A stretch of DNA of 64,000 nucleotides from a virus (IMGVR_UViG_3300025009_000056), one strand, 5' to 3'. Shown: positions 25,769 through 35,272, counted from the first letter of the stretch. The notes: generated by a model not told the origin, from the sequence alone. Numbers and translations: made by a program.

Positions 25769-27511
25769 TTAAAATTTAAAAAGACTATCAGGGTCAACGG
25801 CGCGGCTTTCCGGTTCTTTTTTCGGCTCCGGTTTTGGTTCCTCTGGTTTTATTTCCTCAGCGGGTTTTTCGTCATCGAAAATATTATCCATGCCGCTATC
25901 ATCAATACTCAAATCATCCTGAACGGCTTTGTCATAATCCTCTGGCGACTGGATAGCTTTACGACTTGTCTTCACAGTCTTTTCAGTTCCCACCTCTTTC
26001 GGCTCGCGTTTTTTAATATCAACAAATATTTTTTTCGCTTTTTCCTTGTTTTCAATTCCGGATTTGGTATCGACAATATCGCCATCCTCAATGTAAATAA
26101 TATTCGGGTCTTCATCCTCCATGTTTACATTGTCAACCTTAGCAATGATAAACTGAATATCATTATCAATACACCACTGATTAATAATCTTACGGTTATC
26201 CTCATCAAGCTTCTCACCATCATCATAGAATACAGCGCGAAGTTTCGGATTCATACTCATGCAGAGTTTAGTAGATATAATCCAGCTTTCAGCACCCGAC
26301 CAGTTTTTAGAAAATGTGCCATTGTAATACACCCCATCCTCGCGGAGTTCCAGACCGTCTACATTTATTTTGGCATCGAGAAGCATTTTCTTTTTCTTTT
26401 CACGCTTTTCCTCAATACTCTTAGTTTTGTCATCGTACTCTTTTTGCTTCTTATCACAATTCTCCTGCTTAAGAATAGCGTCACTGTATGCTTTTGCTTT
26501 TATATTCGTTTCTTCGCAGTTTGCGATTTTCTGCCGCACTTCGTCTTTTTTGGTGTAATCCGGTTCCGGTAAAATAGAAATTTCCGGCTTCAGGTCAAGC
26601 GGCTTTGTGAAATCATCAATCGACAATGAAATCACATTCGATATTTTAAGCAGATAATTTTTTTTCTGCGTGTAAATATCAGTGTGATACGGTTTGAATT
26701 CCACGAATTCATCTTGTCCCACTATCTTATTAGACGGAGCCATTACCCCACCATTCTGCAAAGCCTCATTGATAGACTCTATCTGCTGATTTAGATTACC
26801 AAGCATCTTAACAGCGTTATCTATTAACGACTGTCTGTCGCGCTGCTCATCATTGAATTCTTTAATAATCTCTAATTCTAGCTTTTGTCTATCCTCAAAA
26901 TCCTTTTTTGTCTTTTCGTTTTTAATATCAATTCGGTCACTCTCAGCATTTAATTCGGTAAGCGATACAGATTCTACTTTCTCCGGAATAACAATTTTAC
27001 CAAACTCTTTTACCTCACGACCAACATAGGTGCGCAATGTTTCAAGTTCGGCAATTTCCTTATCTATCTGAGTAAAATCAATCCCCGCGAATTTCATTAA
27101 AAAGGCCAATTGCTCCTCTGGTTTTTTAGACACAAAGGGCATTGGATTGAAACTGATTTCATTAACAAGGCTATCAAGAAATGCCTGTGGTTTTTCTTTC
27201 AATTCAAATCCATCTGACCGACGAACCTGAAACGTGGTTTGACTCCTGTTTTTAGAAAATATTCTACGAATAGTATAGTCTCCGATTTTACCGATTATCT
27301 CCAGCTTTTCTGCGCCATCATTAACAGCGTTAGCGGGAAGCGCGGATACACCCTTGAGTAAAATATCTATAGAGTCAAGCACTGATGTTTTACCCTGACC
27401 GTTTTTGCCTGCGATTTCTATCAATCCGTTTTCAGAAAACGACATCGACATCGCTTTAATTTTACGAAGTCCGGAGACTTGTAGGCCGATTATTTTTAAT
27501 TTGTCTTCCAT
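25769..27511 (-). CDS. SbcC/Rad50/RecF/SMC-family ATPase (580 aa) with central coiled coil
   Basis: Walker A GKNGQGKTSVLDSI; signature-like WSGAES; Walker B LRAVFYDDGEKLD; long charged coiled-coil middle. Confidence 0.6.
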   Translation of the reverse strand: MEDKLKIIGLQVSGLRKIKAMSMSFSENGLIEIAGKNGQGKTSVLDSIDILLKGVSALPANAVNDGAEKLEIIGKIGDYTIRRIFSKNRSQTTFQVRRSDGFELKEKPQAFLDSLVNEISFNPMPFVSKKPEEQLAFLMKFAGIDFTQIDKEIAELETLRTYVGREVKEFGKIVIPEKVESVSLTELNAESDRIDIKNEKTKKDFEDRQKLELEIIKEFNDEQRDRQSLIDNAVKMLGNLNQQIESINEALQNGGVMAPSNKIVGQDEFVEFKPYHTDIYTQKKNYLLKISNVISLSIDDFTKPLDLKPEISILPEPDYTKKDEVRQKIANCEETNIKAKAYSDAILKQENCDKKQKEYDDKTKSIEEKREKKKKMLLDAKINVDGLELREDGVYYNGTFSKNWSGAESWIISTKLCMSMNPKLRAVFYDDGEKLDEDNRKIINQWCIDNDIQFIIAKVDNVNMEDEDPNIIYIEDGDIVDTKSGIENKEKAKKIFVDIKKREPKEVGTEKTVKTSRKAIQSPEDYDKAVQDDLSIDDSGMDNIFDDEKPAEEIKPEEPKPEPKKEPESRAVDPDSLFKF

Positions 27512-27531
27512 TATTGTTTTTGGGTTTGTTT

Positions 27532-27669
27532 TTAGTTTTGGTTATATGGGTAATTACAATTCGGACAAACAGCACATCCGTTTTCGTTATTAACCAGACA
27601 ACATCCGCAATTTGGACAACTATCACCCTCGTCGCGAAGCATGTCGTATAAATCGTCTTTCTTTTCCAT
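27532..27669 (-). CDS. Small zinc-ribbon protein (45 aa; below ORF-track cutoff)
   Basis: Manual translation: MEKKDDLYDMLRDEGDSCPNCGCCLVNNENGCAVCPNCNYPYNQN*. Confidence 0.4.
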   Translation of the reverse strand: MEKKDDLYDMLRDEGDSCPNCGCCLVNNENGCAVCPNCNYPYNQN

Positions 27670-27684
27670 TTTTTTGGTTTTAAT

Positions 27685-28047
27685 TTATTTCAGCCAGATT
27701 CCGGCACTCTTTTTCTCACACTCTTTTGCAAACATATTAGCACTCGCCTCATCCTTGAAAAATTCAATATACTCACTGTTATCAGCGAATTTAAGAACTA
27801 CATATGGTTTGTAATATATCTTACCGTCAGCATCTAAATACTGGTAATCTGGTCTCCACGTATTTTTCATAGCAGCCTCAGCGGTATCGTAGTGATGGTC
27901 ACGATATTTAATCATGTAGAAATTACCCCACTTGTACTTTCCCCTCTTGTTAAATTCCGCCGGAACGAAATAAACTGTGGATTCCTGTTTAGCAACAACA
28001 CTTGCTTTTACAAGGAATTTTAGATTATAATTTGATGTCGTACTCAT
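27685..28047 (-). CDS. Hypothetical protein (120 aa)
   Basis: ORF tiling. Confidence 0.5.
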   Translation of the reverse strand: MSTTSNYNLKFLVKASVVAKQESTVYFVPAEFNKRGKYKWGNFYMIKYRDHHYDTAEAAMKNTWRPDYQYLDADGKIYYKPYVVLKFADNSEYIEFFKDEASANMFAKECEKKSAGIWLK

Positions 28048-28049
28048 GA

Positions 28050-28538
28050 TTATTCGTTTTCATCTTGATAATTACTATCAACATCACTATCGTTTTCAGC
28101 ATTTTTAGGTGCATCTTTTTCAATGAACATCGTATTGATACGCTCCTGTGGAGTCATCATTCTTTGTCGCACCAACATACCGTTCCCGTCGTAAACGCCA
28201 ATCATATCGAGATTGTCAAAACGATAATAATAAACCACACCGGAATCCTCGATTGCTTTTTCCGCAATAGTTATGGCGATTGTTTTAATTCTTTTTTCAA
28301 GAGACTTTTTTTGCTCCCGATAAGCCTTATTTATGTCTTTGAATTTATCATCCGCCTTTTGCATCTCCAATACCAAATCAGATAAATTATGTTCTCTTTC
28401 TACAATTTCATCATCAGTGAGCTTGCGCATAAAATCCTCTTTAGTTGTAATAACCGCATCTCTTTTTAGCTGATTAATACGCTCATTCTGGTCGTAAAGC
28501 TCTGCGTACATTGTTTTCGGAACGATTGTGTTTGCCAT
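28050..28538 (-). CDS. Hypothetical protein (162 aa)
   Basis: ORF tiling. Confidence 0.5.
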   Translation of the reverse strand: MANTIVPKTMYAELYDQNERINQLKRDAVITTKEDFMRKLTDDEIVEREHNLSDLVLEMQKADDKFKDINKAYREQKKSLEKRIKTIAITIAEKAIEDSGVVYYYRFDNLDMIGVYDGNGMLVRQRMMTPQERINTMFIEKDAPKNAENDSDVDSNYQDENE

Positions 28539-28592
28539 GTTTTTTTATTTTTGAGTTTTTGTTTTCTTGTTTTTTAGCTTGATTTTCACAAA

Positions 28593-29063
28593 TCAAGCTA
28601 TCATTTCTTTATATTCAGATTCGAACTGCCTTCCGGCGTATTCCGCCAACTCGCTATTTTTATAGCAGAGGCGCGAACCCGCAGCATTCGCAGCCGTAAC
28701 CCAGAAGTCGTAAGACGTAGCAGCGAACCCGAACGGCGAGGCATTGAAATACGGGTAGTATTTACGTTGTTCCTTATTATTCAAGTCGGCTACCCAAACA
28801 TCATTCAGCGCCTTTGCGATAATCTTTATTTTCTCATAAGCAATCGTATCCTTATCTAAATCAAGAGAAAAATACTTTTTATTAAAGTCCTCCTCCGTTG
28901 TACCGCATTCAATACAGGCATCTGCAAATGTTTTAACACGCAACATTACATTTGATTTACGCTCAATCACCTCACGGAGAGATTTGGCCTCGTCGTTTAG
29001 TTTTTTAGTTTCTTTTTCGATTTCAGCAATACGCTTTTCCGCTTGTTTTTCATTCATTTTCAT
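28593..29063 (-). CDS. Paralog-family protein A (156 aa; N-terminal coiled coil, CIECGTTE, conserved C-terminal PYF-ASPFGF...GSRLCY-SELAEYAG-QF)
   Basis: Clear paralogy with 49778..50257 and 58806..59294. Confidence 0.65.
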   Translation of the reverse strand: MKMNEKQAEKRIAEIEKETKKLNDEAKSLREVIERKSNVMLRVKTFADACIECGTTEEDFNKKYFSLDLDKDTIAYEKIKIIAKALNDVWVADLNNKEQRKYYPYFNASPFGFAATSYDFWVTAANAAGSRLCYKNSELAEYAGRQFESEYKEMIA

Positions 29064-29085
29064 AGCTTTATTTTTTGAGTTTTAG

Positions 29086-30087
29086 TTAAAATTTTATCTC
29101 ATCGTATTTCGCATACGCTGGAATTCCCAAAAGGCAAATTCCACCATCCAAAGAACTGTATATGTCGTAGCTCTTATACTTGTTTCTATTCTGAGCCATC
29201 TTTATTTGCGCCAATCTGGTTTGATACTGCTTCCGGCCAAATTCTATATACTCACTTTGCGCGAGACAGGCAAAAACCATATTATCGTATGGTGGTTCTT
29301 TTTCAATAGCTCCAAAATAGAAATCATAATCATCTGGGTCTTTTCCTACAGCAGCGGCAATAATATCAATATACATTGCGGACTGAATGTGATATTCCAT
29401 TTTGAAAGCCTGCGCCTCAAATCCATTCTTAATTGGAGATGCTGTAATAGATGTTTTCACATCAGCAATATAGGTCGTAATTTTAGAAACATAGTCCGGT
29501 CTGCACTTCAACAAAAGCCGTCTATTTTCCGGAATATTAGCAGCCTCTTTTATGTTCAGGATTTCTACCTTGAAGAACTTTTCGGGGTCTCCGGTTTCCT
29601 CCTGACCAAAATAAAATTTAGCACATGCAAGAAATGAGTACTCACAAATCCCGTTTGCACCATCAAAAATATGCATGTATGATTCTGATTCTTTCGCAAC
29701 CTCAAACATCGCTTTCGCGGTGTCCGTAATTTCTTTGGCTAAACATTTCTTTCCGGCTAATGCGGCCTCAGCCATAAATCTTTCCCGCGCAGTCTTATTG
29801 GCTTTATTCTGATAATTGCTATCTGGATACGGTTTCATATCCTCGTTCCAGATGGCATATTCCGTTTCTATCTTATTCGGCTCAAGAACGAGTGTGTGGA
29901 AATAATTTCCTAAAAGAGTGTCGCGTGTTTCAGTAAATTCCTCCGGATGCTCTTTTTTATACTGATATTGTTTCGGGGTTTTACAACCCTTAATATCTGA
30001 TGGAGATATAAAATCCTTTCGTTTTTTATATACATCAAACGGCTCCTCAAATACAGAGTGTAATGCGCTAAGTTCTTCGGGTTTCAT
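29086..30087 (-). CDS. PD-(D/E)xK exonuclease (YqaJ/lambda-Exo/RecB-nuclease-like), likely partner of RecT
   Basis: LLKCRPDYV (D), IADVKTS ([DE]xK), QSAMY (QxxxY) nuclease motifs. Confidence 0.65.
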   Translation of the reverse strand: MKPEELSALHSVFEEPFDVYKKRKDFISPSDIKGCKTPKQYQYKKEHPEEFTETRDTLLGNYFHTLVLEPNKIETEYAIWNEDMKPYPDSNYQNKANKTARERFMAEAALAGKKCLAKEITDTAKAMFEVAKESESYMHIFDGANGICEYSFLACAKFYFGQEETGDPEKFFKVEILNIKEAANIPENRRLLLKCRPDYVSKITTYIADVKTSITASPIKNGFEAQAFKMEYHIQSAMYIDIIAAAVGKDPDDYDFYFGAIEKEPPYDNMVFACLAQSEYIEFGRKQYQTRLAQIKMAQNRNKYKSYDIYSSLDGGICLLGIPAYAKYDEIKF

Positions 30088-30134
30088 GTGGCAAAGATAG
30101 TATTTTTATTAAAATGAAACAGGTGTGTCAAAAA

Positions 30135-30437
30135 TTATTTTGAAATATAAATTCCGTTAGCATGATTTTTTTGCAACCACTCAATAAAATCATTGATAAA
30201 TATATCCCTACTCACCAAATTGTCACAAACCTCAGTATAAGCAAGGTACTTAACATCCAACCAACTGCTAAAAATGTAATCTGTTTTTATTTCTTTTTTA
30301 CAATGATTGCTACAACCACCACAGCCGCAATCCTGAATATAGGCATCCTTGACATAAGGCTCGGAGTTTAATTTCTCCAACAGCCCCTCAGCCTCAAATC
30401 CACTTATCGAATCCTCTAATTCTATTACTACTTTCAT
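30135..30437 (-). CDS. Small Cys-rich protein (100 aa)
   Basis: DCGCGGCSNHCKKE cluster. Confidence 0.45.
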   Translation of the reverse strand: MKVVIELEDSISGFEAEGLLEKLNSEPYVKDAYIQDCGCGGCSNHCKKEIKTDYIFSSWLDVKYLAYTEVCDNLVSRDIFINDFIEWLQKNHANGIYISK

Positions 30438-30443
30438 ATCTAG

Positions 30444-30875
30444 CTATTTTAAGAAAAACAATAATGAAAAAACAATCAGTCCTATGATGTTTAAAATTGA
30501 AAAGAAAGCCACACTGCGATAATAATAACTCATCTCACTAAAAAAACTATAACCCTGAGACAGATATTTGCGCGGCAAAAAAGAAATCAATCTTATTGGC
30601 TGAAAAAACAGATTTACAAGAAAGAAAATAACAGGAAGTGTGTATCTGTTTAAAAGGTTGATTTTCTTATAGCTTCTTAAGACTAAATCCGATGGCGTAA
30701 AAACATTTATTCTATAGCCGTACAAAGTGCCATTACTCCATCTGAATTTAGAGACTTGCCACATATCAACAACTCCAGTAACGCAAATACTACCATGCTT
30801 GGTTTCCCCATTAATCTTCAAATATTTGACCGGATTACCCCACTTTGTCTTTTTAAAAAACTTAAACTTACTCAT
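30444..30875 (-). CDS. Hypothetical protein with C-terminal hydrophobic (TM) segment (143 aa)
   Basis: ORF tiling; LPVIFFLVNLFF..., FFSILNIIGLIVFSLLFFL hydrophobic stretches. Confidence 0.45.
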   Translation of the reverse strand: MSKFKFFKKTKWGNPVKYLKINGETKHGSICVTGVVDMWQVSKFRWSNGTLYGYRINVFTPSDLVLRSYKKINLLNRYTLPVIFFLVNLFFQPIRLISFLPRKYLSQGYSFFSEMSYYYRSVAFFSILNIIGLIVFSLLFFLK

Positions 30876-30886
30876 TTAAAATTGTT

Positions 30887-31234
30887 TTATCTTTCAAATT
30901 TATCGCATATTCCGGTTGCACTTACCGACGCAGATTCCACCTCAACATTAACAAACATCAATTGACAAAAATCTGGAGCGCCGTCGAAATACGAATCTCT
31001 CCAATGCTTGCAATTTCTGCAACAATCATTATTTACATATCGGTAATTATTATTTTCACGCATCCTATCCGCATACATATTGGCAAAAGTAATAGATGCC
31101 GGACGGGATGGATTTGTGAATCCATTTTTACTCAGCATGTTATCCATGAAATAAGCAATCTCGTCGCGGGTCATTCCCTTCGTTGCCTTTTTAATACTGT
31201 TTAAATATTTCTTTATTTCATCAGGTTCGCTCAT
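30887..31234 (-). CDS. Hypothetical Cys-containing protein (115 aa)
   Basis: ORF tiling; CCRNCKHW. Confidence 0.45.
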   Translation of the reverse strand: MSEPDEIKKYLNSIKKATKGMTRDEIAYFMDNMLSKNGFTNPSRPASITFANMYADRMRENNNYRYVNNDCCRNCKHWRDSYFDGAPDFCQLMFVNVEVESASVSATGICDKFER

Positions 31235-31257
31235 GCTTTTATTTTGTGTTTTTTTAA

Positions 31258-31488
31258 TTATTTTTCAGTCTGAACAAGTTTAGTTAACCCAATATTATCG
31301 GCAAATTTCTCAATAGAATGAGCCGCATCATTAGCACAATCAAGTATATACGATGCGTGTTGCCATATTATCGAACTAAGCTCTACAGCGCTTTTAGCAG
31401 ACATTATCTCACCAGAATTAATCAATGGCTCGCCATATAAATCTCTATATTCAAGCATCGCTTTTTTTATTTCATCAATTTTACTCAT
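31258..31488 (-). CDS. Hypothetical protein (~76 aa; ORF track extends to 31656 overlapping next gene)
   Basis: Internal Met MSKIDEIKK at 31488 abuts next gene stop at 31493. Confidence 0.35.
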   Translation of the reverse strand: MSKIDEIKKAMLEYRDLYGEPLINSGEIMSAKSAVELSSIIWQHASYILDCANDAAHSIEKFADNIGLTKLVQTEK

Positions 31489-31492
31489 GATT

Positions 31493-31834
31493 TTATTTTT
31501 TATTTTCCAATCCTTGTTCATAACCACCAAGCCAGCCAAGAAAAAATGTTTCAATATAAGATTTCGAAACACAGGTATTGATTCCGCCGCTATTTTCTTG
31601 GCTGAAATTAACAACCTGACACTCTCCAAATCCGGAATAATCATACAGTAATTCATAAAGCGTTATTGACGGCAGTCTCTTTTTTAGAAACCGTTTCTTA
31701 GGGTTGATTTCCATCTTTTTCAGGTAAAAATCACTATCTATTGCCCGAACCTCCTGAAGTAGTTTATTTAAGTCATCGTCCGAAACGCTTTTACACGATT
31801 CTAACTCGTGTTTTGCATAATAAGATGCCATCAT
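31493..31834 (-). CDS. Hypothetical protein (113 aa)
   Basis: ORF tiling. Confidence 0.45.
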   Translation of the reverse strand: MMASYYAKHELESCKSVSDDDLNKLLQEVRAIDSDFYLKKMEINPKKRFLKKRLPSITLYELLYDYSGFGECQVVNFSQENSGGINTCVSKSYIETFFLGWLGGYEQGLENKK

Positions 31835-31894
31835 TTTTGTATTTTTTTAAATTATTTTTCAGCATATCGCGTTTCACGATACCCCCCACTTTTT

Positions 31895-32197
31895 TCAAAC
31901 CACCCCCAACTCTTTCGACCTTATTTCCAAAAACAGTTCATCCATTATTTCATTGGCAATCAAATCTTTTATATCAATTGTCTCGATATTCATAACTGCC
32001 CCCTTTTTCTGCACAACCTTAACGGATTCTATCGTTATCCATTCCTCCGGATTCATTTGCGCCAAATCATCATCATGAATTATTTCCGTAACACCTATCG
32101 CTTCCACCGTGTCGCGTATTACTGTTTTAGATGCTTTATAACCGACTGAAAGAAGCCAGTTGTTTTTGTCCGCTTTTATTTCAAAAATTCCTATCAT
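31895..32197 (-). CDS. Hypothetical protein (100 aa)
   Basis: ORF tiling. Confidence 0.45.
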   Translation of the reverse strand: MIGIFEIKADKNNWLLSVGYKASKTVIRDTVEAIGVTEIIHDDDLAQMNPEEWITIESVKVVQKKGAVMNIETIDIKDLIANEIMDELFLEIRSKELGVV

Positions 32198-32200
32198 TAT

Positions 32201-32455
32201 TTATTGTATTTCGTCAATGAAACGTTTTTCGCCATTCTTTAAATTCAAGTTCACCTCATTTATTATTTCATCCGAAATAGGTGTCATCGCGTTCGTTTTA
32301 CCAGATATTTCGGAGAGTCTTTTCTTCTCCAACTCATCAAATTCGGTAGCTACGATTAACGACACGTCATATGATGGAATAAGCAAAAAGCAGCCGTTTT
32401 CCACGCACTTTTTCATCTCAGCAAATAACTCGTCTGATATTTTTACTGTTTTCAT
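32201..32455 (-). CDS. Hypothetical protein (84 aa)
   Basis: ORF tiling. Confidence 0.45.
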   Translation of the reverse strand: MKTVKISDELFAEMKKCVENGCFLLIPSYDVSLIVATEFDELEKKRLSEISGKTNAMTPISDEIINEVNLNLKNGEKRFIDEIQ

Positions 32456-32457
32456 TT

Positions 32458-32748
32458 TTATCTTCTCCCCATTAAAAAATATGGATAAAGAAGTAATGCT
32501 GATGCTAGCGCAGCCATACTGATTTTTTGTTTTTCACCCAATTTGGAATCCGGAAATTCCTTGGCTGGTTTTTTAATATCAACAGGTGCTCCGCAATTAC
32601 AGCAATTCACATCCGATTTATAAACATAGGAACCACAGTAATTACACCTAACCCGACCATTTAAAACAGTTAAAAGACCTGAGTTATTATACGGCTTTCC
32701 GGAACAAACATGTTCGTAAGCAGCCACTCTTTCGTTATAGGTTGTCAT
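32458..32748 (-). CDS. Zinc-ribbon protein with C-terminal TM segment (96 aa)
   Basis: CNYCGSYVYKSDVNCCNCGAP; hydrophobic C-terminus. Confidence 0.45.
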   Translation of the reverse strand: MTTYNERVAAYEHVCSGKPYNNSGLLTVLNGRVRCNYCGSYVYKSDVNCCNCGAPVDIKKPAKEFPDSKLGEKQKISMAALASALLLYPYFLMGRR

Positions 32749-32944
32749 TTGAGTTTTTTAAAGAATTCGAAATCATATCTTTTAAATCCGGATACTGCTC
32801 TACAGCCGAACCAATCAAACTCATTATTCCTATCGTGTAACCATTAATAAAAAGTTCAGGCTCTCCGAATTCCTCTTCCGCGCCCATCAAAACATATGTT
32901 TCGTATTTTTCATCAAGCACCTTTTTCAGTTCGTCGTTTTTCAT
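32735..32944 (-). CDS. Hypothetical protein (69 aa)
   Basis: ORF tiling. Confidence 0.4.
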   Translation of the reverse strand: MKNDELKKVLDEKYETYVLMGAEEEFGEPELFINGYTIGIMSLIGSAVEQYPDLKDMISNSLKNSNDNL

Positions 32945-32955
32945 TTTTGTGTTTT

Positions 32956-33288
32956 TTAATAAATTTCAGAAACATACGATTCGAAATAATCAAGAATAAA
33001 CATAACCATTATTCGCTGAATCGCAAGCTCTCTATTTTTCCTGTTAAACAAAAAGTGTTTGGCGTTTTTTTCCGCATAATCATTTGCCAATATCAGTAGT
33101 TCGCCTTTCATTAACGCCCCCTCTTTATGCTTTTCGTTTTCCTTTTCCATGAAAGCGAGAATGCAATCAATAGCGTCATTCCATCCTTTCATTTCAGCTC
33201 TCGATATATCACCCTCATGACCATTGGACGTGTTTTCAGGGTAGACCTTTTTAAAACCTCTTAATCGCATTCTATAACTTGTTCTCAT
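32956..33288 (-). CDS. Hypothetical protein (110 aa)
   Basis: ORF tiling. Confidence 0.45.
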   Translation of the reverse strand: MRTSYRMRLRGFKKVYPENTSNGHEGDISRAEMKGWNDAIDCILAFMEKENEKHKEGALMKGELLILANDYAEKNAKHFLFNRKNRELAIQRIMVMFILDYFESYVSEIY

Positions 33289-33494
33289 AATTTTTTACTT
33301 TTTCGTTTACATCCGGTTCCGTATTTGCAGACCAATTTACCATCTTTCGGAATAAGATTTTCAAATTTTCGATATTTACCACAGCATTCCGCTTTAATTT
33401 TCACCGCCAATTTTATTAGTATCTCGTTTTCAAATTCCTCAAACGGCTTTTTGTTTTGGAAGATTGCTCCGTATTTCATCAATGTTTCGACCAT
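33285..33494 (-). CDS. Small Cys-containing hypothetical protein (69 aa)
   Basis: ORF tiling; CCGKYRKF...CKYGTGCKRK. Confidence 0.4.
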   Translation of the reverse strand: MVETLMKYGAIFQNKKPFEEFENEILIKLAVKIKAECCGKYRKFENLIPKDGKLVCKYGTGCKRKSKKL

Positions 33495-33726
33495 GATATT
33501 TATTGTTTTTAAATTCGTTCAAATGTTTCATTTCATGCTCTTGAAAATCCGAAAACCAAGAAAGTGGATAAGCGTTGTATAAATAGTTTTCAAACTCCTG
33601 AGAATTGCCGTAAGAAACGTCATAAAAACCATCAGAACCACGTTTACCAACACGGCCATAACACCAAACGCATCCACATTTCACCCTCACAACCTCACCC
33701 ACCTTGAAAGAGTATTTTTTATTCAT
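33439..33726 (-). CDS. Hypothetical protein (~95 aa; ORF track start 33816, trimmed to internal Met MNKKYSF)
   Basis: Trimmed start abuts upstream gene 33719..34030. Confidence 0.35.
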   Translation of the reverse strand: MNKKYSFKVGEVVRVKCGCVWCYGRVGKRGSDGFYDVSYGNSQEFENYLYNAYPLSWFSDFQEHEMKHLNEFKNNKYHGRNIDEIRSNLPKQKAV

Positions 33727-34030
33727 CGTTTTTAATTTTTGGTTTAGGCTCAATCTGAATGAATTTATCCAACCAGCCGCTTTCAAAAAAAGCAGAGAAA
33801 GTCCACGTTTGCTCATCTATTGTATGATGCACTCTTATTTCTCCTGTATAATCCAACTCTTTAAATTCTCGTTTTTCGCTCCAGCTATCCTTGAAAAATA
33901 ATTTACCACTGGTTATTTTCAGCAAATCCATGTAGCAACCATAGCTTTTAGACTGCCATCGTTCACCGTTTCCTTTTATCTCATCAGGAAGCAACTCGTC
34001 ATCAATTTCGACATAATCAAACATTCCCAT
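33719..34030 (-). CDS. Hypothetical protein (103 aa)
   Basis: ORF tiling. Confidence 0.45.
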   Translation of the reverse strand: MGMFDYVEIDDELLPDEIKGNGERWQSKSYGCYMDLLKITSGKLFFKDSWSEKREFKELDYTGEIRVHHTIDEQTWTFSAFFESGWLDKFIQIEPKPKIKNDE

Positions 34031-34040
34031 ATCTCAATTT

Positions 34041-34571
34041 TTAATATTCCGGTTCATCAATAACTAAATTATTCAAACTTTTTTTCACAGAGAAAAAGCA
34101 ATCCACGAAAGCACAACAGGTATTAACCTCGCTATATGAATAATGCTTTATTTTTTTCATCGCGTAAATAGTAGATGTGTGGCCGCTATTTTTACCCATC
34201 AGGTATCCGGCTTTTCGCTTATTAATTCCAGATAGATATAATATGGTGAGAATTATGTGTCGCACATTCATGTACTGGCGGCTCACATCATATTTATTTT
34301 GTATTATCTCGAATAGCTTTTCGGGCGTAGGTAATTCGGGGAACCAATAGCCAGCATTATCAACAACTCCCTTTATGACGGCATCATGGATTATATCTGT
34401 ATTTTTCTCGGTACGAATACTGTTTTCAAACCGGATTGGGTTTTCGTAGACTGAATCAATGATAACATCCGATTTAAGATTACTCTTTACAATATCAATA
34501 AGCTTATCGTAATCTTTTTCCGCTACCGCTTTTTCTATTTCACTTAAATTCATATTATAAACCTTTTTCAA
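34041..34571 (-). CDS. Hypothetical protein with DnaA-C-terminal-like helix-turn-helix segment (176 aa)
   Basis: NVRHIILTILYLSGINKRKAGYLMGKNSGHTSTIYAMKKIK resembles DnaA domain IV (..R.IAMYL....S...IG..FG...HTTV..A..KI). Confidence 0.35.
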   Translation of the reverse strand: MKKVYNMNLSEIEKAVAEKDYDKLIDIVKSNLKSDVIIDSVYENPIRFENSIRTEKNTDIIHDAVIKGVVDNAGYWFPELPTPEKLFEIIQNKYDVSRQYMNVRHIILTILYLSGINKRKAGYLMGKNSGHTSTIYAMKKIKHYSYSEVNTCCAFVDCFFSVKKSLNNLVIDEPEY

Positions 34572-34818
34572 TTAATTGTTTGTGAATATTTGACCAGAAA
34601 TCGAATTCCGCATCATCGTCTCCGGTATCACTATGGTTCCAAAAGAAAGCTGACTGAAGAGAGCAGGATAAAGATTGACAGGGTTTATCATCTTGCCTCT
34701 CCGCTGTATTTTGAATTATATTTTCGTAAACATCGGGTTCGAGGTGTCCGTTTTGTAAACCCCAGTTGAACCATTGCCGTATAGTTGCAGGTTTGTTTTC
34801 ATCATCACTCATATTCAT
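34555..34818 (-). CDS. Hypothetical protein (87 aa)
   Basis: ORF tiling. Confidence 0.45.
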   Translation of the reverse strand: MNMSDDENKPATIRQWFNWGLQNGHLEPDVYENIIQNTAERQDDKPCQSLSCSLQSAFFWNHSDTGDDDAEFDFWSNIHKQLIEKGL

Positions 34819-35272
34819 TTTTTAATTTATAATCATAAAATTTACAGTCTTCGGAAAATTGTTTTCTTTTAGAATTAAGGTATCCAATAAATTCACGTCT
34901 CTCCTCCGGCTTTAAACGCCACTCTCCATTGCCGCCCATATACCACGAGCTGCCTCCGGTTTCGTAAACATCAAAAAGAACAAAGCCATCGACAACAAGC
35001 AGGAAATGACCAAACTGATTACCCGCATATGTGCCAATATCCTCATAATAGCTTATTAGCGCCGGAACGGTGTCGGTTCTAACCGGAGGGTAACTTTCGT
35101 CAGCATAATAACTGGTGTCCGTAGCGAAAAAATTAATACCAGCATCCTCACTAACCGTAATCGTTTTTGTGGTAGTTTTCTGTTTTAATATCCGTGTTTT
35201 GTTTTCATAAACCTGCCCGATGGCAATCTGGAAAATAAAAATCGTAGATAACAACAAAATTATTTTTTTCAT
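34805..35272 (-). CDS. Secreted hypothetical protein with N-terminal signal peptide (155 aa)
   Basis: MKKIILLLSTIFIFQIAIGQ signal-like N-terminus. Confidence 0.5.
   Translation of the reverse strand: MKKIILLLSTIFIFQIAIGQVYENKTRILKQKTTTKTITVSEDAGINFFATDTSYYADESYPPVRTDTVPALISYYEDIGTYAGNQFGHFLLVVDGFVLFDVYETGGSSWYMGGNGEWRLKPEERREFIGYLNSKRKQFSEDCKFYDYKLKNEYE

Noticed and set aside
25751-26572. 273-aa plus-strand ORF
   Set aside because: It is antisense to the SbcC/SMC-like ATPase gene 25769..27511, whose Walker A/B motifs validate the minus-strand frame. Its translation is hydrophobic and low-complexity.
28556-28590. Inverted repeat AGCTTGATTT-tcac-AAATCAAGCT between gene 28050..28538 and paralog A
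   Set aside because: It forms a stable hairpin but is followed by an A-rich rather than U-rich tract on the transcribed minus strand. It is not a convincing intrinsic terminator. It may be an RNA processing or protein-binding site, which I could not support further.
30088-30110. TATCTTTG box only 4 nt upstream of the exonuclease ATG
   Set aside because: It matches the -7 consensus, but the spacing would give an essentially leaderless transcript. It is kept only as a weak observation inside the promoter finding, not as a feature.
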